This document shows, one piece after another, positions 10,404-25,239 of a DNA stretch of 64,000 bases. A model generated the notes under the pieces. It was given only the letters and a program-made list of their open reading frames with translations. It searched no databases and was not told the origin of the DNA. The position numbers and the translations under genes are program-made. Source of the stretch: Octopus bimaculoides (taxonomy: Eukaryota); NCBI RefSeq assembly GCF_001194135.2, contig NC_068982.1:168992985-169056984 (forward strand), read 5' to 3'. How positions within the stretch are numbered: position 1 is the first letter of the stretch; every line of letters starts with the position of its first letter.

Positions 10404-12850
10404 GAGGGCGGTTAGAGCAGAATCGATAGCGTTTAGAAAAGAGATAGCAATAGAAAGGAATAGATTAGAGGGTGAGCTAGTTAGCAAATTAGAGGAGGCA
10501 ATTAAAAAGGGTATGTGTTGTTAGCAGCGAGAATGACCCTTGATCATATCTTCGAAGCGAAACACGAAGGTTGCGTTGTTAAAGCTAAGGCCCGTACAGT
10601 CAAACAAGAACTGAAGCTGTCCGATGGGCTCGAACCGTGGAGACGTGACGTGGAAACAAAACCACGATCAGGTCTTTCACGGATCGGGATGGGCGCGCGC
10701 TACGCGACTCCGAGCAAAGGTGTGCGACTTTTCGGCACCACTTCGCACGGCTGTTTGGAAAGGGCGATGAGTCGACGACGGTACTGGACTTCAGTACGTA
10801 CCTGGACAGCTCGCTGCGACTCTCGGCAGCTGACGCGATGTTTTGTGAAAGGCTGATAACAGCCGCTGAAATTTCGGGAGGCGATGAGCGAGTACACAAG
10901 TCGCACATCTCCCGGTTTGGATGGTCTGCCCTCCGAATTCTATGTATTCATGCCAGATTTGTTTAGCGACCTCTTAGCAGACGTCTACTGCAACTGGTAA
11001 CAGAACGGGAGAATTTCTAATGCTGTTAGCAGAGGTGTGGTGACAATGCTGAGGAAGGACGCCGACAATGGGGACGTACTAGAGAACTTTCAGCCCATAA
11101 CTTAAACACAGAATTTAAGATTTTGGCCAAGGTGTTAGCGAAAAGATTGGCACTTGTCGTCGGTAGCCTAGTCGGAGGAGCGCAAACGTGCGCAATCCCG
11201 AGCAGGTCTATCTACGACAACCTCCACCTTGTGCGATATATCATAGAGAGGGCTGGAACCACAGCTGGCTTCTGGGGTGCTCTGATCCATTTGGATCAAT
11301 CAAAAGCATTCAATAGGGTCGATCATCATACTTCGAAGTCGTCCTGAAAGCAGGCGGTTTCGAACCCGTTTTCAATGGCTGGATTGCTGGATTGCTGCAA
11401 TGCACAGCGGCAGAGTAAACGGCCACCTATCGGAGTCGTTTGGCATCGTACGCTCGGTTCGTCAGGGCTGCCCGCTGTCGTCTCTTCTATACGTATTGGC
11501 ACTCGAGACACTATTGCGGAAGTTGGAACAGCTAAGGGGCATCCCTTTCGAACTGGGACAAGGATGGGCAGTGTCAGTATACGCGGACGATGTCACGGTC
11601 GTGGTGTCGGACACCTCCGAAGTAGAGACAGTAGGCACCATCCTAAAGGAACAGGAGTCAGTTGCAGGGGGATAAAATTAACGCCGACAAATCAGTTGGT
11701 TTAAGGTTGGGCTCCTGGAGAGACAGGACGATGCCATCGGATGACGTCGTCGGACGCTGAACCAACTGACCAGTTAAAGTGCTCGGGGTTTGCTTTGGTC
11801 CCGACCTCCAGGTTAATAAGAACTGGGACGAGGTGGCCAGTCTTACCCAGTAATGGGCTGAAAGAAAGCTGTCCCTGAAAGGTCGGGCAGAGGTGCCGAA
11901 TGCTTACGTCGCCTCCGTTATCATTTATCGCCTGACCGTCGTGTCGTGTCCCGGTTACTGCTTGACCAGGTTGGAGCGTCTCTTATTTAAATTATTGTGG
12001 AAAGACTCGTTCCAATGGTCAGGCGGTCTGTCTGTTGCCAGCATCCTCTGAGTGGCGGATTAGGTATGCCGTGACTCCTAATGCGCAGGCACACACCTAG
12101 ATTTCGCTACCTGTAACGATTTCTAGACGGTAAGCATGTGTGGGCTCCGTTTGTGAGGCTCGTCTTTCAGCAGCTCGTCACTTTGACGGAGCTGCAGTCC
12201 TGGGTGAAGAAAAGACTGAGACTGGGCGCCTGGAACATAGAATGTCGTCAGCAGTCCACAACCCTCTACCAGTCGGGCAATGGGATCGGTGGATGTTTCG
12301 CTTTAGAAATTTTTAGAGGATTAGTGGCAGGGAAGTGCGACGACGTTCTCGGGGAGACTCTGGGCGCTGACGAGAATGAACTGGCTAGTTTGTTCCGGAG
12401 AACTTTCCGGTCAGGAACTATCATGGATAATTTCCAGATGTCCTTGGCCTGGCAGTGGCTACCGGGGGGCGATACCGGTTCGAGACAAGCTCTACAGGCA
12501 CGGATGCGCACAGAGTGACGAAACCGTTCTGCACACCTTCGTTCAGTGTCTGAGCATTGCTGACTTGTGGGGTTATGTTGAACAGCTGCTGTCCCGTGTG
12601 GGACGGACGTCTGTAGTGATGATAGTATCGCCGCCCTCCTTCAATCGGGCAGGCAAGACAGTTTTCCTTTGCCTGGTAGCTGTAGCGAAAGAGGTTGTTT
12701 GCTGGACAAGATTGAGAGGCATGAGGACAGATACATTCCACTTTGGTTGACTTTTTGAAGTTTCACTTGAAAAGGACATTGAGAGTGGAGAGGGAAGTGC
12801 TGTCCACGAGTGAATTTATCGAAAGGTGAGTGAAAGTTGCAAAAAGGAAA
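10404..12850 (+). mobile_element. 5'-truncated, decayed Tx1/L1-clade LINE ORF2 (RT plus C-terminal Cys/His region)
   Basis: PGLDGLPSEFY, KILAKVLAKRL, YDNLHLVRYII, LDQSKAFNRVDH, SVRQGCPLSSLLYVLALE, VYADDVTV and ETVLHTFVQC. Many stops and frameshifts. Confidence 0.92.
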
Positions 12851-15800
12851 TGAACACAGGGAGCTCCTGGCCCATCAGGAATCACCACAGAGATGCTTAA
12901 AATATATGGCAGTGTCGGATATAACCTAGTCACCTGTATAGTCAATCAGGTGATACATGAAGGAGTCATAACCAATGACTGGTGTAGCAGCATCATAGAC
13001 AACTATTACAAAGGTAAAGGTGATGTATTAGATATGAATAATTATAGAGGTATCAGGTAATGAAAGTCACGTTAGAAAGGGCATCCAGCCAAAGAAACTA
13101 TGCCAAATCAGACTAGAGTCTGGTGCAGCCTTCCAGCTTCCCGGCCCTGGTTAAACCGTCTAACCCATGCCAGCATGGACAACAGACATTAAATGTTGAT
13201 GATGATGAATAATGTTGGCACAGTGTGACTGAATGGTCAAGAAATTCACTTCACAGTTACGAGGGACCAGAGGTTCAGTCCCAATATGTGATACCATGAG
13301 TAAATGTCATTTTCTATAGCCTTGCATCAACCCATGCCTTGAGTGAAATTGGATAGATGGAAACTGCATAGCTGCCAGTTGAGCAGACTGTACCTGTAAT
13401 TCAAATGGTAAGTCCTTGTTACACACACACTGCGAGGCTGACTCTGCACAGGAATTACGTTAAGAATAACATCACATGTTTATAAAATGGTCAGCAACTT
13501 ACATGTTTATTCAGGAGCAGAAAGTCAGTTGACTGAACAACTGAATTCTCATCAACTAGCAGCAGAAATCCAAAACAAACACCAGTTTGTGTTAGGCAGA
13601 GCATCCAGCTGGAGAAACCATGCCAAAACAGACAACTGAAGCCTGGGCAGTTTTCCAGCTGGCCAGCCCTTGCCAAACCCACACTAGCATGTAAAACGGA
13701 CATTAAATATTTACATATATGCATCATACATCATACATACATACAGCATCTGAAGGCAGCAAGACAAGAATAGTTCATCCATTGAGATGCAGTATCACTC
13801 AAAACGTGTTACAGTAATAGTCTTGTCACTCTTAATCTGGGTTCAAAACTCGTCTGGTTCGATTTGAGGTGTCATTACTTTGCAGTTAATAAAATTACTA
13901 GTGATGTAAGAAGGTCAGTTTAATCCTCCTTTGTGAAAACCAAAATTTATTGCTTGATCTAGTTCTCAGTCACAGAATTGTTTGCAACAAAGAAAAGCCC
14001 ATAACAATGTGAGCTACAATTAGCCATGTCATACAACCAGCTAGGTTTTACTTGATCGTGTTGTCATGCTAGCATCCATAGACTGAAATCTCTAGTGACC
14101 ATCAAAGCCGAATTTTTAAGTGGGCTTTGAATTTTGGTAGATGCACTGATGATGACACTAACTACAATTCTATCATTACTTGAAAATTTATACCAACAGT
14201 AGCAATACAAGAGATGTATAAGGTAGCAAACTCATGGCCAATTTGGAACTAACACTAACTGTTATAAACAACCTTCTTCAGAATGGACTCAAACTGTACA
14301 ATACAGTTGTGACAATGAGATTTCACACAGCAAAGGTCTTAGGCATCAATTAGTACAATTCTCAATATATGTCTTAATAAAGAAACACTGATTTCCATTC
14401 TTCATCATCATCTAACGTCCTTTTTCCATGCTGGCATGGGTTGGATGGTTTGACTGAAAACCAGTAAGCTGGGGAGCTGCACCAGGTTCCAATCTGATTT
14501 AGCATGGTTTCTATAGCTGGATGCCCCTCCTAACACTAATCACTCCAAGTCTAGTGGGTGCTTTTTATGTGCCAGTTGCACAACACCAGCATCGGCCAAA
14601 GCAGCAAGCTAGTAAAATCATAAGAGCATCGGTGGGGAAAAAATGCCGAAGTATTCTGGCTCTTTAGATTCTGAGTTCAATTTCTGCTGCAATCAACTGT
14701 CTTTCACCCTTTTAAGGTCGACAAAATGAAGGAGAGTCAAATACAGGTATCAATTTCCTCTTCTCAAAATTGCTGGCCTTCAGCCTATTATACAAAGCCA
14801 TTATTTCTTCAAAACAAGTAGCAGTAGTGGTAGAATCCTTAGAGTAACAAACAAAATGCCCTGCAGTTGAAAATGAGTTCTAGGCAATGAAACACCAGAG
14901 ATTTTTCTTAATTTGTGAACTCATTTATGAGGACTGTCACTGACAACTCTCATCAACTCCATCATTCTGACAGCAGAAGGGGAAAAAATTGAACATTGCA
15001 TTTTAGATGTACAGCACTAATCGTCATGACTACAAGCTGTTTTACAGCAATGACAGTTATTTGCCTCTAAATTATAGGCTTATGCCTAACTTTATCAAGT
15101 GTCATTTAGCTAACAATATGAGGCATTTTCTGGAAAAAAAAATATCTAACAGAATCCATAACTGATTTTAAATGTGTAAGAAAGTTGATGGATTGTTCAG
15201 TGACAACACTCATGAACGAATGTGGTTTACTTGAACAATACAGTTATGGCAACTCTAAAATCTGTTATCAATGTTTAACACTGTGTTGTATCCATACAGT
15301 CCAATAATAATACATACCGCAATATATCACTTTAGATATAAAATAATTGCTTGAAGCACAATTGTAATGGGCCATAAATAAGGTTTGTCAAACCATTGTT
15401 ATGTTGTCCCAAGGCAAATAACTCTGCTTGGCTGACTAATTTTGCATCAGTTATTCATTATGATACAAGATAATAATACAATCTACTGTATGTATTACAT
15501 AATTGTTACTAATATGATCTTATGAATTTGAGATGGGAATTAACACTATAACAAATATAAGTTAAACAGAAGAAACTACCTAATATATTGTATGATCTAA
15601 TGAAGTTCAGGTGTTCCTTGTCAAAGTATTATCATAATACATGGGTATCAAAGCTTGTAATGTTCTACACCTAAAGACATGGCAATGATTATATTAAGTC
15701 TGAGATGAGTTTGAGTAAACTCACCTCAAGCTTAGCATAGACTACTTCCTGAGCTGCTTTCATTAGCATGTATTAAATTTATACACACACACACACACAC

Positions 15801-15901
15801 TATAAGTTCTAGAATGCAAAAAATATATAACGTCAAAAAGGAAAAAAGAAAACAGACAACAAATATTTAGATAAAAGACTGATACAGGTTTCTTTTGTTG
15901 A

Positions 15902-15907
15902 TTTAAT
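15902..15907 (-). promoter_or_regulatory. Candidate DHX15 polyadenylation signal (ATTAAA)
   Basis: ATTAAA on the minus strand about 740 nt after the stop, followed by a U/GU-rich tract (ttgttgtctgtttctttttt). Confidence 0.45.
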
Positions 15908-16359
15908 ATTTTCATTGTTAACAGGTTTAAAGTCACAAGAGCTAGAAAGAGTGAAGTGGGAAAAGAGAACTAAACGAGAGACAAGCTTGAGAAGAAACTA
16001 AAGTAGAGACAAGGTGGGATGGAAAAAAAAGAGATGAGGGGAGGATGAAAATGAGAGGAACACTCAAGAGACTTCTAAGTTAGAAATAAGAAAAAGATAT
16101 ATATATAGGGGGTAGGAGAAAAGATGAAGAGATACATAAAAAGAGAGATAAAGATAATAAAACACAAATGTTTTTTTTTTTTTTTATAATAGTTTTTGTT
16201 TTCTCAAATCATAAGTTGAAACTAAAAGGTGTTAATATGAAGTGATGAGCAGAGTTGGGCTCTCATCATCAAAAGAGATCAGAATAAGGAACTGCAGCGT
16301 GAAGAATATACGAGAGACAAAGTTTGTTTCTAGACATGCACCCCATCAAATAAGGAACA

Positions 16360-16365
16360 TTTATT
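16360..16365 (-). promoter_or_regulatory. Candidate proximal polyadenylation signal (AATAAA)
   Basis: Canonical hexamer about 280 nt after the stop. No transcript support is available. Confidence 0.3.
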
Positions 16366-16640
16366 TTGTGGTGAGAAGAAAAAAATCTAAAGTATTATTT
16401 GTGGTTGTGATGGTGGTAGATCAAGGGATGCGATGTCTACTTGTTCATAGTATGTAACGCTATCATTGAGTAATAACATTGCAGAGGAAAGACAAGACCA
16501 CAGTCCTTATACCTGACAGCAATTTCTTCATACTTCCCTTCCTGACACAGAATCATCATCATCATCATCATCATTAATATTATTATTTGCTAAAGTTTGT
16601 TGTTTGCAGTATGGACTGCCCTATCTTTTTGCTTTTCACA

Positions 16641-16793
<153 letters not shown>

Positions 16794-17082
16794 TTATATA
16801 GGAAACAACAAAATTTTTCAAAAATAATACATGAATTTTTAATGTACTCACTTTCAACAAAAGGGACTCTCAATTTAGATTTTTTAAAATGTACCAACCA
16901 CAAAGACTCATTTACCTGTAATCATCTTCACAAAGCAAAGATGCGGTGAAATTTCAACTGTAAACCAGTCGTGTTTAATCTAAAGGTTTCAATAAGTGAA
17001 GGGCACCCTAGCAAGTGTTTTCTACTATAGCATCAGGACAACATATGCTTTCAACATGGATTTTGGTACATGGATATGCATG

Positions 17083-17084
<2 letters not shown>

Positions 17085-17138
<54 letters not shown>

Positions 17139-17285
17139 NNNNNNNNNNNNNNNNNNNNNNNNNNNNNNNNNNNNNNNNNNNNNNNNNNNNNNNNNNNNNN
17201 NNNNNNNNNNNNNNNNNNNNNNNNNNNNNNNNNNNNNNNNNNNNNNNNNNNNNNNNNNNNNNNNNNNNNNNNNNGGATATGCATG

Positions 17286-17343
<58 letters not shown>
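17085..17343. repeat. (TG)n spanning an assembly gap
   Basis: (TG)n on both sides of an N run at 17139-17275. Confidence 0.9.
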
Positions 17344-17345
<2 letters not shown>

Positions 17346-19473
17346 CTGTCTTTGCCTGTCTACATTCTACACAAAAACAGAAATCTAATACCCACAAAAC
17401 TTTATTATTATTTGTCATCTGACATTGGAATTTTGTATAACATTTAATTATATAAACTGTGAATTCTTTTCTTTATAATGTTCCATATCGTGTTGAAAAT
17501 CCTGAACATTTCTTCCAATTATCTCCCTTCCACCAAACCAACAATGTCACATAAACGTCTTAACGGCATAGAATAGCAATAAAAACCCACAAATCATACC
17601 CAAACATCTAACGTATGAAACAAGGACACCTCTGTAAGGCAGCTAGCTTAATCTAACAGAAACAGTAGACCTATCTTCCTCAAATTACACCCCACTCTCT
17701 TACAAATGCACAAACAGGCCTCTATACAGTGGTTAAACTGAAGAGAATTAGTAACCAAACCTTCTTCTAACTACACTATACTGTCTTTTGCATGCAGATC
17801 ATGAGCCCAACACCTCCATTTTACTTAGACCTGATAGGAAGAAGAACCAAATTTCCTTCATATCACACCTGTCTTATGTATGTATATAAGCTAACAAAGA
17901 AGACTGATATAATCACACATTTGCAGCTTATGTATGTATATATCTATTAACTAAAGAAAGAAGTTAAATTCTATAGAAATAGCAACCAAAGGTTTCTCGA
18001 AGAACACTGACTAATGAACTTATGTCTGAGACAAAGAAGATCCTTATGTGACAGCTTGATCTGTTAGAAATAGCAACCAAAACATTATTATATGCATACA
18101 CTTATGCATGGGCCAATATAGAAGTCTCTACACTCTACCTTAAACTGTTTTATACAACCTTGATACAATACTCACAGAGGAGCAGGTACATCTGCTTGTA
18201 TGATATAAAGCTAAATCTCTAGCTAAATGTACCATAACCAAGTGGCATCATTTATTTCCAGCAGTTAACTGATAAATGCAAAAATCAAGCATTATGTACT
18301 GAAACTCAGTGTAATATCTGTGTAATAGTTTGGTGGCAATTCATACTTTATAAGGCATACCTTTTAAGGCAAATCACAATAAAATTTTTAATGACAGATT
18401 TTGTGAACAAAATTTCATTTTAAAAAACAAGGCATGAACCTTGTTCGAGAAACTAAAGAGGCCTCATTCATTCCAGCTAAACTCATAGTAGCTTTGAAAG
18501 AATCAAAACCTCCACCTCACTTCAAATACTTATATATAGACTATTCTATTGCCTGTGAAACTTGAGTACACTTCTTATTTGAATTTCTCTCTAAGTCCTG
18601 TTCCAAAGATATCCATTTACTCGCAATATCAAATCTTATACTGCATGAAAACACAGTTCAAAATAATGTTCTTCGGAGTCAAAAAAAGAAATACAATGAA
18701 GAATACTTCTGTGTAAGAAGCAAAGTTTAGATATAACACTTAGAAAAACTTCCTGTTTATACTGTGCACTATTTTTTGCATTTTAAAGCCTAAAGTTAAT
18801 ACTTCAAGTTGTGAGTTTGAATTTGATGATATCTATTTACTAATGATTTAATTAGGGAAAGAGAATTTGGACTTGGATTAAATAATCAGTGATATTTCAG
18901 AGTCATGTGTAAACACAAGCAATCTAATTGGTGCTAAGTGTTACTGATTATGAGCAGGAATTAGAGTTGGCATTGCATCAATGCTTTCATTAGGGAATGG
19001 TAAAATTTTTTTCCAAATTTACTGAAATATTTTAAATGTAGAGCTTCTTCATACTGGTGGGTTCATGAAGGGAGTGTAATTACTAGTAACAGAGAAAATA
19101 GCACTAATTTTCAGGGGCCTTGCAAAATCTACACATGGAAGACCAAGAAAGTATATCTCAGTGTTCTTTTCCCAGACTAACTGAAGCACAATTCAACTCT
19201 GTAGCACAAAACCACTACCAAGTAATCAATCACTTGTAATTATATATGAAAACACCCACATGCAATCAAATTAACTGAATTTCACCTGTCTTAACAGGTG
19301 AAAATGACGTAAGAACAAGTAAAACCCATATTCATAATGTATACTAACGATTAGCAACTTTTATATAAATTCATGCCAAGTTGTTATATTTCTATACTGA
19401 ATTGCATTTCATTAAAATCTCTAGTTTCTCACATGATTAGGATATAGAGAAAGCGCTATAGGAGATATGCTTA

Positions 19474-19668
<195 letters not shown>

Positions 19669-20590
19669 TTATTCAATAGAATAATAAAAAGACATGGAGG
19701 GAGATATACTGAAACACACACACACATGCAAGAGCAGCTATTTCAAACACACTATCACTATTCCAAATAAGGCACAATGATTTAAACTTATAGTAGAACT
19801 CCGAGCCTAGAACCAAAGTACAGAAGCTGATAATTGCTTAATCTATACTGAAGTCAAACTGCAGATAGTCACCTTACTATTGCATGTACAAGAAACTATA
19901 TAAATTTACAGCCTATTCAGAGAGCAAATCAGAAGCAGAGCCAAGAGATCAGTACAGGAAACAGACAGTAAAAAACAATCAGATATGGAAATTATAATAG
20001 TAGTGGCAGACCACACAATAACAGGCAACATCACATTAAAGAAAGGCTCTAACATTCACAACTCCACACAAATGCATTTTAAAGAATATAATTCCTTGAA
20101 GAGCTGCAGCCAGATATGATTTTATGGTTTGTATATTGTCAACAGTATTGTACTGTATCTAATTGTCAAGACAATTCTCAAATGGTTTGCTTCAATAGCA
20201 TGCAGTGCTAGATTCAAATCTCTTATGAATGGTCTTAAATTAGGATGGGATAGCAATATATCCAGAATATACTACATGAAAAGACTTCAATGACCTAAAC
20301 CAAAAGCAGAGTTTAACTAACATAAAGCCAATACAAACAGGTTTAAGTCAGTTTCTCATGGGCATGCCTTAAAATATTACTCTTATAACGTACTTTTATT
20401 AACTTGAGATGGTTGAAAGATTAAATGAACTATCTACAACATGACATCTTCTGAAAACCTTATTTCCAGACTCAGCAACTACAACATCCTTTGCTACCAG
20501 AATTAGGAGCTAAGTTGTCACAGATTTTGCAAACGATTTTATGACCTACACAATCCATTTGCCAAGAACATTTGACCACACATTCATATC

Positions 20591-20624
<34 letters not shown>

Positions 20625-23600
20625 TCACGGCTGCATAATAAAATAAAGATCACAGTAGTTGCTTCATTTGCTCAACATATAGGACAAACCACCTAGCTAT
20701 GCTTTCTACCATTAATTATGTGAGGAGTGCTTCCCAAAATTAGGATAACACACTGCACAAAGATGTGATTTAAGCTATAGTTTACACAACAAAGCAAATT
20801 TTCTATGTAAACATACACACAAATGAAAAATTATTTTAACATATCATGAACAGTGACTGCAATAAACAGGTTCATAAAAAGAGTAGAAATAAAATGCAGA
20901 ACACAGTAACATATTAAATCATACTGTTTTAGTCATGTTCTCACTTAACTCTATTAAGACACATTATGTATATGTGAGTATCTGCAGGGCTTGTGAGTAA
21001 AAGAAGCAGAATGGACTGTTTTTTCAATAGTTTATCTTTGGTTCATTTTGACTTACTAAAAGAAGTATTGACTTCAACTAAGCAGTTTTATTTTTTCTTT
21101 CCAAATTAAATACTCTACATAGAACCTTTTTTGTTTTCATCTTGAGAAAAACAGATTTTATTTTTTAAATGCTATCTTCAACTACTTTTTAAGTAAACAG
21201 AATGTTAGATTGTTAAGTGAGGGACCAAACAAAAAATATTTGATAAAATAATCTGGCAATTTACCAGTTATTTTCTTTTTTATCTTTTTGGAAAATTTAA
21301 TAAAATATATAAAACAGTTTAACTCTCATTTTATCGAGACATCTGCTATTGAGAGCAATAATATTCATTATTATTCTATCAGAAAATGTTTACTGTGCTG
21401 ATGCTCCTAATAAGAGTGATACCATTAATATACCCAGATACTTCACTTTTCTTACCATTGTAAGACTGAAGTTTTGAAAGACAGCCATAACATGTGTATT
21501 GAAAAGAATACTTGAAATTAGCTGGGTTTTTTCCTTACATATACATTAATGACCAGCAATAAAATCCATCTGATGTCCCAGAAGTTTTGGCAGCAACTAG
21601 TGTCAAATGTGCCATGTTGCTGTCTTTTGTCTTTGAATATTTTGTAACAAAAGGTCTAGTAAGATATACAAGGTAAGGTAAGGTAAGCATATTGATGATA
21701 TTAAACTGAATCTCTGTTCTAACTACTTAAGAAAACTAACCAGTTTATTGTTCAAATTAAAAAGTGACAACAATGTCAGGAGGTTGAATATGCGAGTTGA
21801 TCCACCCCACCCCCCACCCGAAGAATTCTTAAATATTTAATCATATGACATTTGAATTTAAAAACTTTGATATGTAGCTGACAATCCTTTATTTGTAGTC
21901 AACAATTTCAGACAACTACCCTACAAAAAACATCACAAACTACTGTATTTAGAAAAACAAAAAAACTAGAGATTTTCCAAAACTGCACAAAGAGAGAGAC
22001 ATCATAAGTCATTGTCAAACTTAAACTTAATTGATCCCTATTTTAAAACACAAAATATGAGAACACAATGGAAAACACTGTCTTAATATTCAGCTCTGCA
22101 GGTACGGTGAGCCAAACCTGATGCCGAGACTGGAATACCTGAAAAAAACAATTTTGAAGAAGATGAAAGCATGGTTGACGTCACCCGCATAACTACTACT
22201 CCCTTTCATTACAGAACATACACACACACACATACGCACAGTTATGTACAATTACTTCACATATTTTACTATACACTTACATACACACTCACATGCTTGC
22301 ATACACGCATACATACAAGTGCAGGCATACTGGCTTTGGTTTCCATGCTGCTCAGTGAAAGAAGGGAAATAACTACAGATGGTAGCAAGGTAGTCTTACA
22401 AAAAAAAAAAAAAAAGATGCTATAACAGCATTTAATATACAAGTGTGAAATACGTTCCCTGGCAAAAATATACTGCTTTTCAGTGCAAAAAGGAAAAATA
22501 AAATGCTAATTAGACCCATGACAAAAAACATTACCATAATCTTTTTAGTAAATTGTTTTTTTGTTTGATTGGTTGGTTTTTATAACTCAGCACAAAAATT
22601 TATTTGTAAGGGATACAACATATCTGAATCAATTCCAACAGGATCAAATGCAAAGCTAGCATAGATTTGAACACAAATACGCCATGCATTAAAAGCATAA
22701 AGTACAGCCAAATCTTTGCTATTTTCATCTGTTCCCTAATCAAAGCATAGAGTTCGCCCTAATCTCAACCATTTGCACCTATTCCTTCCTAAACTAGAAA
22801 GAAAAATATCTTACATCATTAACACAAGACAAATCAACCCTAGTTAATATCTTGGTACTTATTTTATCGATCCCAAAAAGATTTGAACTGTGAATGTAGA
22901 ATACTAATTACCATTTCTATTCCTCAGTATGAAAATTAAATTCAAAAATTGTCTTAACTAATGATACATTAAGCAATTCAAGACAATAATCACTCTGACT
23001 TGAGTTTATTGTTTGAAATATCTAAGATTAAACTAGCTTAAGTTAAACACAACTGTTGTCACCTCAATCATGAGACACCGGGATTGCTCAATGAGTGAAA
23101 CTATTCTAAAGGGATCAGTAAGTTTATAGTTATCCCTTTGCCTCACTTTCAATTTCTTACAATATTACAATAACCTTTATTGGGGGGAAATGCTAATGGG
23201 AAGGGGGACAGGAGATGAGGTGCAGAGTGAAGGGATAAAAGATTGCTGAAGTTTAAGAATCACCCACTCAACTAAATCAATAAAATGGAATAGTATTAAG
23301 AGAAAAAAAACAATCACTTGAGGAATTTAACAAAACAAAAATTTGTTTGCCATCTTAGGATGTACTAAATAATTAAAGGTATCGCATTAAACTAAGTACA
23401 TTTAGGTGATACATAGCCAATTGGTTGATGGGTGGTAGATGGCAGAAGTATAACATTGGACAAAATATCTTACAGTACTGTTCTTTAGGTTATGTGTTCA
23501 AATCCCATCAAAGATCAACTTTGCCTTATATCTTTCCTGATCCCAATTTGACTACAAATCAAGAGTAGGGGTCCCTAAGACAGTCCGATATTGTCTCCAA

Positions 23601-24334
23601 CATTACTCTGGCAGCTTTTGAAATACCACTTGTGTCAAGCTGTATCAACACTTGCCTTTCCCTAGCATAGAAAGACCGAACACCACATCCCAAAAGGACA
23701 ATCCAGTGTCTCCATGCTGTGCTTAGTCAACACAAACTGAAGCAAAACTTGCTAGGTGCAGATCTATGGTCTCATATCAAAGTTAAAGAGTCAAATGTTC
23801 AGTTAATTAAAACTTAATTCAAATGATGGGTTGTGAATTCATACCATACATCATTGTCTTAAAAGTCATTAAATACTACTTGCTTCTATTTACTTAGGGT
23901 TTTTTTTTTTGTTAGAAAGACACCCAAGAAAGATTAGGAGTTATGCAACACTATTATTGACCACCATAGTTCTTAACAATTGAAATTTTTACATATCTTT
24001 ACATTGTAAAGAATAACGTTTAATAAATATCAGTCATTTTAAAGATTATTCATAATATATTTAATTCATTCATTACGAGTAAGTGAGCAAACATGGAGAA
24101 GCTTCCCACTTAGGGCTCATTATCTCTCTAGGTTTTTCTGTACTCTTACATAGCTCAACTTTCTACCTAACCAATTTCTTCAACAAAAAAAAAAAACAAA
24201 AAAAACAAAAAAAAACAAAAAAAAAATTCCACCCAAATGTATTTGTGATGTTTTCAAAAACTACTTAGAAAGTTACCATATTTGCACCATATAGTTTCAC
24301 TGCAGTATCCCTTCCAACTGAAGCAAAGCAGTCA

Positions 24335-24640
<306 letters not shown>

Positions 24641-25017
24641 TTACCAATATCAATACTAATATAGTAATAATGATGATAATGGAAAATTTCCTTTTTTATT
24701 GTTCTGAAAAGTTAGGTCATTCAAAGATAATTAGCAAGTGGTTAGATTAGAAAATTGGAAGCTGATAAAATTCCCTTAAAATACACTATTTCAATACATT
24801 TGACCTTATTCACTAATTAAAAAATCCTAAAAACTTAAATGACAATATGAAATTATGAATTTTCATAAAAACATACCCATGCAATTGAATCAAAATTTAA
24901 ACTATAGTAAACTAAAGCTAATTAAAGTAATTACTTTAGACTCAAAATTACTATGGTTTTAATAAACCATCCTAGTTAATCTAAATAAAGAAATAAGAAA
25001 TTAAGATTTCATTACTA

Positions 25018-25239
<222 letters not shown>

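Noticed and set aside
17070-17343. Direct repeat GGATATGCATGCATG(TG)n on both sides of the N gap
   Set aside because: Most likely an assembly artefact from unmerged overlapping contig ends.
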